From Catajapyx aquilonaris (taxonomy: Eukaryota): DNA of 20,000 bases. Of the stretch, positions 1 through 10,285 are shown piece after piece. The stretch lies in assembly GCA_000934665.2 (NCBI GenBank), contig KZ538363.1, positions 58,792 through 78,791 on the forward strand, read 5' to 3'. The notes beneath the pieces were generated by a model. That model saw only the letters and a program-made list of their open reading frames with translations, was not told the origin of the DNA and made no database searches. Position 1 is the stretch's first letter. Every line of letters begins with the position of its first letter. A program made the position numbers and the translations under genes.

Positions 1-804
1 AGCGCTCTTTAAGTGCGCCCCCTCGCTGATTTCATAAACATGCACCTGTGGGTATGGCCTCCCCCGAGACGGTTTTTCTTCCTGGGATCTCTTCAGGTGG
101 GGGTTGGTTGGTTGGATGGGGCTGGTTTGGGGATGGGGGGGTTGCCTGTCGACCTCCTACAAAGTCCAGTCATTGGCCTGCATTGTGACTCTTAATGAGG
201 TTTCACACCTTTGAGAGCTGGAATCTGCGGAGCAGGTCGTCCCAATTTGAGCTGAGTGACCTTTGCCAGGACCTAATTGCGTTCCATCCATGCGAGACCC
301 TGATGGTGAGGACTTGGGATGGTTGTCCTTGGTTTTTCCTTCTTGCTGATCCCTCCTTCTACCATCAACCTCCCTCGGCAGAAAACGCCTGTACCGTATT
401 TAATAGGGGGGAGCTGTCGGCAGGCCCGGACAGTGACAGAGTAGGGCAAAAGGCATGCACAATCCCAGGGATATCTCTCATTCTCGGCTGGAATGCGATT
501 ACAGTTCAATGGAGATTACACCTGACGAATGCAGATGCCCACCGTCCCAAAAATGCGCTCTGTCACTGTTGCTTCCTCTATCAGTTTCAGAAGTTGGGCA
601 ATATTGGACGAATCATGCTTTCTGCGTATATTATTTTATATAACTTAAACAAAAATTGACAATGAAATATTACACATCTCAGTTTTTGGTGAGTTATATC
701 AAGTGCATCGGCGTAACAAAATCAACTTTGCGCAGACGGCAGTATTATGTCCTGTTGCATTCCTCCGATTATTCTGGTGATTCTTCACTCGCAGGCAACT
801 TCAG

Positions 805-860
805 ACATTTTCACGCTTACCTCAGTCATTTTTCACTTTCAGAGGTAAGCGCCTGAATGT
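805..860 (+). other. Hairpin containing a 5' splice-site consensus (possible exon 795-844 or recursive AG|GT site)
   Basis: CGCTTACCTC (814-823) is the perfect reverse complement of GAGGTAAGCG (842-851); flanks ACATTTTCA/TGAATGT extend the stem imperfectly. Acceptors lie upstream at TTCTTCACTCGCAG (ends 794) and TTTTTCACTTTCAG (ends 842). Confidence 0.35.
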
Positions 861-2727
861 GATATATCGACTTGGTTACATTCAGCAACTTTCACAGGAA
901 ACATTTTGTTTCCAACCTTGGAAAGTTTCGACACCGGCTGAATCATGGAGTACTGCAATTTCCTAACAATCATTTATCACAATAAGTGTTACTATCTGCA
1001 GCCTTTAACGTCACGTGCAACACCTGGGTGGGTGTGTTAGCTTCATCTGGTTAAAGTACAAAACGTATATGTATTGGAGCATTCCTCTGGGGAACGAGAG
1101 AAAGAACGTGATGAATGCTGCGCCTGAGGTGGGATTAATCCGGTGGACAACAAAAGACGTTCATCCTTTGACGCCCGGTGATCTCTTTCCTTGCTTCCAT
1201 CTGCTGCGCATGTATAATAAATGGCTACCGAGCACCGTGTCATCCGCCTACATTAACCAAATGGGGAATTCGGGTAGCGCAATGAAGCAGCTCATTAGAA
1301 TCGTCAAAAATGAGCTCTCGCCACCCTCTGACAGCTAATATTTCACGAGCCGAAATGAACTGCTGCATCACCGTGGCGCAGATCGAACTAAAACGCGCCA
1401 TTAATTAGCTGCGAAAAAATTTCTACTGCTTCTACTGCTGTTGCTGACATCACTCGACACTGTTGCAGCAGCCCCCACCATTGTCGTAAAGCACACATGC
1501 GACCTGCTGAAGTAGGCCGACAAATTACCCCGCGATTCTCCCCTCCTCTCACGGTGGCCATTAACGTCAGTGAGCACGTGATTCGCGTTTCCGAGAGAGG
1601 TGTTGGGCCTTTCCCGTATACCGTCAGTTCCCTTCGCATTTTTAGCTATTTATGGAGTTATGCTACCCATTGCTTGTATGAAGGGAAATAACTGCGGCAA
1701 CGCACCGCATGGGTGCCGCCATGTTTGGCTCGGATCAAGCTTCCGCAGGTATTTTGGGATTTCTCGTCTTGGAACGAGTAATTATTGTAGAGCGTCTGAT
1801 CAGTATGTCGGAAGTTCTCAAGGGTCATGGTTGGTAAATGTCAATATGTGCTGTATATCATATTAGGCACACAAGCTATAGACACAACATGATGTTTTTC
1901 GGTGCCGAACCAAGCGTTTCGCTCCGACTGATCTGCTCAAACAAGAGAGTGACTAACATCGGTTGCATGACAAATTTCCCAGATCCGTTGGGTAGTTGAT
2001 CAGTGATAGGTGAATGAATATGCCCCATATCCCACTGCGATAATGCGTCATCCATCACGCTAAAGGAATGGTTTCGTGATGGCTAGCCTACTTCCAACAT
2101 GACGCGTATGAATCCAGCTAATAGGCAACAAATCAAAATGAATGATCGCCTTAATCTATCCCTCTCTTTTCTTATTCGGAATTTATTCTCGTAGTTCCTG
2201 GCAACAGACAGGAGGAAGCTTCGCCATAATTGGAGCCCAGAAATCCATAAATACCCTCGCTAACTACACTCCGCTATAGTACACTGTCCTGTTTTTCCGC
2301 GCAATTTATGGCGCCTCTCCCCAAAATCTATGATTCTGCATAAAACACACACTATGTAGGCTGCAGCTATGGCCGTGTTTGTCGCATAAATCACGGTTAT
2401 GGGACCCGGGATATAATCACCCGTGTAAAGCTGAATGAAAATTGAATCCATGTTGGGAAAACTCATTTACATACGAAAAAGTGCACGCACGCACATCGTC
2501 CTTGTCTTCCCCCATCGGGTTTTGAACACACAGCATAGTGCACAAAAATAACACCCCCGACTTATCCGCATGTCCGATTCATATCGTGTATATTCCCCCT
2601 TCGGAAATAATTGAATGCCGATATTCGATTCGTGGGGGGTACGTGGGTCGCGTTTGAGAGATGGTCGCGATTGTGTCGTGGTGTCGCCATGGCTCGCACT
2701 CTGATGTCACCTCCTTCGAGTCCCTCA

Positions 2728-2741
2728 GTTGCCATAACAAC
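2728..2741 (+). promoter_or_regulatory. RFX X-box
   Basis: GTTGCCATAACAAC is a full match to GTHNYYATRRNAAC; a partial copy GTCGCCATGGCTCG lies at 2683-2696. Confidence 0.45.
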
Positions 2742-2780
2742 CCCCGCGGAGTTTTGGTCAGGCCGCGGCGCGTGCGTGTG

Positions 2781-2849
2781 TCTTCTTCTTCTTCTTCTTC
2801 TCCTCCTCCTCTTCCATGATGCCAAAACGCCTTCTTCTTCTTCTTCTTC
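2781..2849. repeat. (CTT)n/(CCT)n microsatellite
   Basis: Directly visible trinucleotide runs at 2781-2815 and 2831-2849. Confidence 0.95.
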
Positions 2850-4039
2850 GTCTTAACCCACCCACCCCCCCCGGTCTTTCGCCACATTCATCCTTGCTTT
2901 AGAGTCCTTTTTTTATGTGCAAGACGTGCCAGCTTCAGCGCCCGGTATGAATGGAATGTCTTTCACCATATGCAGGAATCTCTATAGGGACGCCTCAGCC
3001 TCCCCTCTGAAATGACTTGCCCAAAAAAGATCAATTTCTTTTTCACAAACTTGTTTCGCAGCTTGTCCTCCCGCTTTTTGTTCTCAAATTGTCCTGAGGC
3101 AAACTGAATTGATTGAAAATGTTTCTTTATTTAAATTTACTTATCTATTTATTAACTTGTGGAGAACATCTTTTGCAAACTGTGCCTGCCATTTTTGCTA
3201 CCCGCATAATGCTGGATGGTTATGACCCAAATATGCGTGGAATGTCCAGAATCTGGGGTAGTATAAAAAATCAAAGGAAATCCTAAAAATAAAAAATGCG
3301 GTTGGTGTAGCTGGTTGACACAGAGCTTGGAAGAGTGGCGTGGCAGCCTCGCGTCCTCCCAGCGGGCAGCCCAAACGGCATCCCCGGAACGCGGCGTCGA
3401 TCCCGACCTCACTGGATTACCTGGATAAAACCCCCAGCGCTGGATAGGATATTGCCCAGGAAGGGAGTTCGACTGAAAAAGAAAGAGAGAGGAAAAAAAA
3501 ACACATACAAAGAGTATAGAGAGCGCAACGTGCGTGCTATTGAGGTGCGTGACTCCATTTGTCCCAGAAACGTGAGTGGACTTTGGATATCGCATTTTCA
3601 TTGTGCTAATTGCGGCACTACAGCCAGCCACTTGCTCGTTGTTTGAGTCCATGTTTCTCGCAGGTTGCTGACTTGAGCTCGTAATATTTATGGGAGCACT
3701 GCCGTGTGGTCTGAAAAAAAACGAGGTACATGCAATGTAAGGTCTAGATTTTCTCAACTACAATATAGTACTGCTCATTGTAGAACAATCAGGTGAATTT
3801 TTCGGTTGAAATATCTTACGTTTAGTGGATGATTTTTCCCATGCTGAAGAGATGCAGGTATTTTTCAATGAAAACATATCTCGGCGTTAACAAATGGTGG
3901 TCATGACATAGTCTCCAGGAGAGACGGGACCACCAGGCAGCCACCAAGAATCCGCATCTCCTGAAGGTCTTGATCCAGTCTCACGCAACTTCTGTCCTTG
4001 GATCCGACTTTAGAACCGCGAACCAGTCCTGGCAAAAAC

Positions 4040-4770
4040 ATGGCAAGGCCAAGGCCGCCATTCATATTATACAGTCTGAGCAGCACCGGATCTTAGTATA
4101 TATAGGGGTGCAGCATTAAGGAGGGGGACCCCAGCACATGCTTTGTTCCGGTGAGTCTCTCCAATGGCGGCTAGGCCCTGGTGGCAGCCATTATGAGTAT
4201 CGCCGGGGAGCCTCCATGGGTTGCGGCAGGCATTGGCGAGCGCCAACTGCCCCCGCTGGGCTCCCCGGCCGCCGAATAAACTCTAATACCACTCGTTTCG
4301 GTCTCCCCCACGACACCACCTCCCCAGCTTTCTCTCGCCCGCCTTGGCATTAGCACCCTGGGTACTTTAATACGCCGGTTTTTATACGGCTTTGATTAAG
4401 GCTTGCCGCTGTGTACTCGGGAGCAGTGGCACGGCAGCCGCGACCGAGGGTGGACCAGCAGACCACGGGATGCTCATCCAGGTATGTTCTGTTGGCATCT
4501 TGCTTTCCCCCTTGTAATTACACAACCCGGCCTCCAGTCTGGCAGCCATCACCCAGAAGTCCGAGGCTCTAATCGATGCCCCTTGGGGCCATCTTTCCTC
4601 TCGCGGGTAAAAGGTCAGGCAGAAGTTAGAGAGAAGCGATCGTGTAACTGTGGCGGGGCAGCTGGCCCTAATTGGGTAATTACGGGTGAGAAGCTGAGGG
4701 GCGGGTCCGGGGCGGCAAAAAGGAGGGCCTTGTGGATCGATCTCTTGAGTTATGGCCGCCATTTCTCGTG
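4040..4770. promoter_or_regulatory. GC-rich island with clustered Pho/YY1-type GCCAT sites and a TATATATA element (candidate promoter or Polycomb response element)
   Basis: GCCGCCATT 4054-62, AATGGCGG 4163-70, GCAGCCATT 4184-92, GCAGCCATC 4542-50, GGCCATCTT 4587-95, ATGGCCGCCATTT 4752-64; TATATATA 4097-4104. Confidence 0.35.
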
Positions 4771-6504
4771 GCCCACCTCTGTATAAGTTACGGTGTGCTG
4801 TGGACTACCAAGGGGTCTTCATTTATTATATGAAAAGCGGGAGAGGCTCGAGCTTCCAGGAAATCGGCGCATTACAACGTTTTACTGAATATATTACGTG
4901 TATGTATCCGGTGAATAAGAAATTGGTGCGCTAACTTTCAACAAAGGTCCAGCCTGAAAGCATCTGGCAAAGCACTAAAACCCATGGCTCACACAATAAA
5001 GTTCGAAAATTCTGGCAGCCCCCACATACACCACACATTGTGTAAAGTCAACTCTCCAGCGTAAAACATTAGCCCCGCAGTTCCCGGGAAAATATACTGC
5101 CCCATATATCCCGCTCAATTACCGAGACACGCCCATAGTTAACTTTCACATTTTTTGCAAATTATGTGATCAAGCTAACCGGGGCGACAAGTATACAAGA
5201 CAAATGGTTGCGTTTTGGTATCAGAATCCAGATCGAGAGAAAGGCAGGAAATGAAACGTCGAGAACCGGCCCCAGGTCACACGTTGCGTGTCATCGTCGT
5301 GTCACTCGTATATACAGTGTCGAGAAACCGAAACACACCTAACACCCTATTTTTCGATGTGCCATAAATCACTGGAAGGAAGAGGGGAACCCTGTGGGAA
5401 CAGAGATGTCAACGTTACATTATATTTCTGTACACGGACGCACCCCTCTACACACACATCTCACCGATGGGGAGAATATTATTTTTCCTCCTGAAAGTGC
5501 AATCTAGAAAGTTGACGAATGCGGGGATGTACTTAATTTGACACCCCAGACACGCAGGGCCCGGGGTTCATGATTCCCTGCTATTTGCATGACCACCAGG
5601 CATATCAGGATTTGGCACGATCTCATTAGGGATTGCATTCCCCGACGCATAAGGCTAATTACTTGGTTCACGCAATCCCACTCATATGCCTACGTGAGGC
5701 CCAATTGAAAAATTACCGTTTCCTTCCCTCTTTGCTGTCGCCTCGGTGACGTCATTATAAGGAGGGGGGGGGGGGGATATATTAATAGAATAGGCCTGTA
5801 TCATGCACCTTTTGTATATACAGTACAGGATGTTTCTCTGCCCAAGTTGACTATATCCGAAGAGTATAGGGACTGGGAAGAACTGATGGGCTATTCGCTC
5901 CTGGCGATGTAAACAAGAGTACAGGAACCCAACTTTGGGCCGAACCAGAAGTGCCAATGCACCAACGCTTCCCCATCCGCCCTCTTCGAATCTTCAACTT
6001 GGGCAGAGAAACGTCATATATAATATGTTGACAGCATATTAATTTATGCGACGTGTAACTTCCATGTCAGATGAATAATTTGTTCCATTTAAACTTCCTT
6101 GGAAAGTCACACCAAAATTTATTGGCCATGAGTTGCTGTTACCCAGGTTCACGGATATCAGGCAGTCCAGTTGTTTATACGATATGTGACTTGCACATAC
6201 CTGTCACAAATATTCACTAATGCGAGTAGCTGACAACGAAGATTTATATTTTACTAAATTCAGAATAATAGAAAATACGGCTTAATATCTGTACATCCAG
6301 TAAAACTTAATGGAATTCTGGCATTTATTTAAAGAGCTTTTGACGGAAATGTCACCGCCATCTCAAGCGAAACTTATTCGCAAGTCAAAGGAGCCGCAAT
6401 CCCGATCTCTGCCACAGTATATTATACGCTGACTCATGATTTTCTAAGGTTAGACTTGTTTTTATTTTCGTAAAAAAATGCCTCCTAATAAATTTACACA
6501 ATGC

Positions 6505-6725
6505 ACGTACACCTTCAATGTTTTGGTATTGCACCAACTCTGACATGAGGTCCAGGGTTGGATCCTCGGGTCAGGCAAAAGTTGTGGGGCGGAAAAGCTT
6601 CGCAAATTTTCTCCCTATATCCTGTTTTCTGCCATTATCGACACATCAGTGTGCCTTTCCTTATTGTCCTCTCCCAAAGCCACTGGCTTTGGCGTTAGTG
6701 ACCTCAGTATATTCCTTTAACGACT
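6505..6725 (+). mobile_element. Probable degenerate tRNA-derived SINE
   Basis: A-box-like TGGTATTGCAC (~6524-6534) and B-box/T-arm-like CAGGG-TTGGATC-CTCGG (6553-6569) at tRNA-like spacing. A body follows, and a tail (GGCGTTAGTGACCTCAG...TTAAC) reminiscent of arthropod SINE tails. No full cloverleaf; boundaries approximate. Confidence 0.4.
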
Positions 6726-9673
6726 CTACACGGTCAATTTTAACTTTGGCCTAAGGTCTAAGCACTCCACTTCAGATGGTGCTGCTACATGCCAACATGC
6801 GCACAGTAAAAAAAACCATTTCGCCCTATTGGAGCATTACACAAAGCATATTATGTACGTAACTCCACTGAATAATGTAACGGTGTGAAACAATAAGCAA
6901 AAAACAGTAATGGATCATTCCATGTCAGTTCGACCCTGTTTGGACCCTTTATGTGGCGGATTTGAATGATATTTGCAGATTATGATGACACCATGTGACT
7001 AAAGCATTGTACCAAATCATTTTGAATTTTTTTTTGACCGATTTTTTGGGGTGTGATCATTTTGAGCCTTTTCTCTGCAAGTACTTTTTCTTTCAATATA
7101 CGAAACCAAACATTTAATCAATTATCAAGCTGACTGTTTAAAGTAGCATCAGTTTCGTTTATGAGGACTTCTGCTAATTTTGGCCCTATTATACCGACTG
7201 GAATGAAAGACCTCTCTCAGTTCAGTTGAAGTGCAAATAGTCGCGGACACTACATACTTGTCGAATCCCTTTCAAATGTGGGAAGGAGTCACATTAATAC
7301 AGCATTTACGTAACTCTGCTGCAGTTGAAGATGAGATGTAAGTTATACTGAGGGACCTATTCAGAAGACAGCAAATGAGCAGCAGAAACATATTCACAGG
7401 CAAAATGTGGTTGACTTTCGCTGTTATAATTCTAGCTGAACGAGAAACGATGTTATTAACCCCCTTTAACAATATAAAGAAATAATATCTAGCAGAAGAG
7501 TGTAAATACACAATATTCTTCACATGGTTTATTACTACATTAATGTGATTAAGGATTGTGACTTTAGAACTCTTGCTGTTAGAATGTACGACAACAATGC
7601 ATGTTATGCCAGGTATGCCATCAGTATAATGGCAATGGTGTCATACGAGGGATATTTTTATTAGTTCCGGTGAGCTGTAAAACAACAGTCCTGGAAAAAT
7701 TTAATAACCTTACTTACGAAAGTTAGCTACATTCTTATGCCATTTTTCCACATAGTCACCATCCTGATTGAATCACTTGTTATAACAGGTGCCATCTTTT
7801 GTATCCTCCCTCATAGAAGGTTGCCGACTGGAGACTGAGCCAACCTATCGCACATTTTTTCAGCTCTTAATTGTTATTGAACTCTCTATTCACAACGCTT
7901 GTGATAGAGCAGATTTTCTATGACAATGTCATAAATAAAATAATTTCGGGGAAAATCATCAGGCACGTCAGAAATTGTGACCCGATGTGCTCTATACACC
8001 GCTGAATTTGTTGCCTTTTCAACAACATCGTCAGTCGCCAAAGACTTTCTCCCCTGACCTTCCTTATCATGGAAATCAATTCGTCTTTTTTTGAAAATTC
8101 CGACGCAGCATTGTCTCTCAGGCATTTTCCCCCATATACACATTACATGATCTCCTATTTCGGCTGCGTTGTGTCCTTTACCTTGAAGAAATCTAATATA
8201 CTGTATAGTGTATATTATTACAGAACGAACCTCGCATTTGGTGGGAGCGTGATTGTATGACTAATTAGGGTTACAAAACACGTTGCCACGAAATGACAAG
8301 TGACTCAATCGGGAAGGTGACAATGTGGATAAGTATAGCAGAAGGACGACTCACACTCTTGTGAATATTAAAGTATTTAAAATATTACTCTTGCTTTTAT
8401 TTCCCAGCTCATCGGAACTGAATGTTTTTAAACGATCCCTCGTACACTCTTCTAGCAGTTTAAAATAAGTTCTCCTGGCCAAAAGATGGTATGCTTAACT
8501 GCCCAAGAAGCAGAGCTTGCAATAACCCCTCCGATGCTAGGTATCTCCAACCTGACCACGAAGAAACAGTTTTTTGACATGTACAAAAATGTACTGTACA
8601 TTTGAACTACAATACTATAGCTATGAGCTTGGAGACACCATGCCAGGGAATAGAAAGTTGTCCAAGTCACCTCCAGCCAGTCACCGCCAATAATTTGCGC
8701 ATAACTGAAGCAAATATTCTCGATCCAAAATCAAAAGACCTTCATCAGTGTGCATTGCCCCCTCCCCCGATACATGACCAAGCATCAACCCTGCCCTCTC
8801 TGTTCAGGGCGTGTAAGATTGCCTGGGCGGAGCGTCCACTATCGATTACCCCCCTACCCGCGCGCCTGGGCTGTAGTGCTGCAGAAGGGGGTCCTGGTAC
8901 CGCCAAGAACAATATTGACGTCGACGGTGCTGGTAGAGGAGGGAGTGAGAGAAGAGTGTATGTAGGGTGGATGGGGAGGGGAGGAAATAAGTGGTATTGC
9001 AAGCAGGAAGTTGGGTGGAAGGGGGGAGAGAGAGAGAGAAGGAGGGAGGTTCCCTTGTTTCTCTTTGCGTGCGACGGGGCCCTCCTTTTCCACTTGCCAA
9101 GTTCCATCTTCAGAAATGGCCTGCTCCTGACAAGTGACGAACGCCTACAGCCACGAAACGCCTCCCTCGAAATGACATGCCATGCTGTGCCTGGTTCCCG
9201 GGAGATGCCTTCACTCAACCTGCTGATGAGAAGAAACCCCCGCGACACTTCCTTTCATGCCTATCTATATATCCAGGGGTATATAGGGCCACAAGCCCTT
9301 GCACGTGTGCCGGGAATAAAAGTTACCGGGGATGTCCGGTAGCAGGCGCTGCAGTCATTTCAATATGGCGGACGTAAAGGGTGTCGGATTACACTGACAT
9401 GTTGTTTTTAGAGATGAGGTCAGTGTATATGTCACACATGGAGCAGATAATGTTGTAGCACACCTCTGGCGTATGTTTGGACAAGGTTTAGTGCGAACCC
9501 TAACGTTATCCTCTTTAAAATAATGCCATTATTGAGCCCCCCTTGGCAGTCCATTGGAATAATTTCGCTAATACTGATTTTGATAGCACGTGTTATCGTT
9601 GAATGAACGCAAGGGTGGACAACTACGCTACAGCATAGTGAGGGGGGGGNGGGGCAACTACCAAAGACGTTGA

Positions 9674-9690
9674 AATATTCCGGAATATTC
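9674..9690. promoter_or_regulatory. Heat-shock-element-like palindrome
   Basis: AATATTCCGGAATATT (9674-89) is a perfect 16-bp palindrome overlapping TTC-cg-GAA-ta-TTC (9678-90), three inverted nGAAn units. Confidence 0.3.
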
Positions 9691-9709
9691 CCACATTTTG
9701 TCACTATAA

Positions 9710-9835
9710 TGTCCAGTTGCACCACCTCCAGAATGAGCCAAAAAATTTGTCATTCATTGTTGACAACAATGAATTATTAATTTTCTGGCTCATTTCCAGC
9801 CGGAAGTTGTTTCCTGGAGGTGGTGCAACCGGACC
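9710..9835. mobile_element. PIF/Harbinger-type palindromic MITE (126 bp) with TAA target-site duplication
   Basis: Ends TGTCCAGTTGCACCACCTCCAG and CTGGAGGTGGTGCAACCGGACC are near-perfect inverted repeats. The interior is also palindromic (AATGAGCCA...ATTCATTGTTG-A-CAACAATGAAT...TGGCTCATT). TAA flanks both sides (9707-9709, 9836-9838), the TWA target of PIF/Harbinger. Confidence 0.8.
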
Positions 9836-10188
9836 TAAGGGATGAGAGCTCCGAACTGACAAGTGAGCCGTAAACCCAATCTGGCAGGATTGTGCTAATT
9901 ATTATTAATAGTTGACAAAAACTAACCAGCAATTAATACCAAGAGCATCAGTTGTTTTGCTTGTGAGTTCGGTACTCCCGGCCAATCCCCATATGATTAT
10001 TTTATGCTGAGATGTCCCTTTATCTTAGCAACTTCCTCTTAGAATTTAGTTATAGATTATGATTTTAACGGATTTTCAGATACAAATATTAAAACATCCT
10101 GATGCGATGTAAGTAATTTTAACATATAGTAAATGTTACCACGTATTTTATTTTAAACTGCACAATCATTGGGTGTAGAATAGTCACC

Positions 10189-10285
10189 GAGACAATGTCG
10201 CATGAGCTGGACAAGGTATATGATGAAGCCTTTCAGTGACGCTATAATGTGGGTCGCAAAGGCTTCTCAGATCATATGACGTCTC
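10189..10285. repeat. Degenerate inverted repeat / hairpin, probably a MITE relic
   Basis: GAAGCCTTT (10225-33) pairs with AAAGGCTTC (10258-66), ATATGAT with ATCATAT, GTGAC with GTCGC, and the outer GAGAC with GTCTC. Confidence 0.55.

Noticed and set aside
2562..2887. ORFs with poly-R/E/L/S tracts
   Set aside because: Microsatellite translation artefacts.
3335..3646. ORF ending in ...HCANCGTTASHLLVV, resembling the start of a GATA zinc finger
   Set aside because: Lacks the following PLWRR motif and the second CxxC, and stops 8 codons later; the rest of the ORF is unrecognisable. Chance match.
3969..4015. LDPV/LDPT codons resembling tarsal-less/pri peptides
   Set aside because: No LDPTGxY motif and no short ATG-initiated repeated smORFs.
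8602..9342. Longest ORF (246 aa) with overlapping antisense ORFs
   Set aside because: TTG start, runs through G/GA low-complexity sequence, no recognisable domain; explained by a GC-rich stop-poor island.
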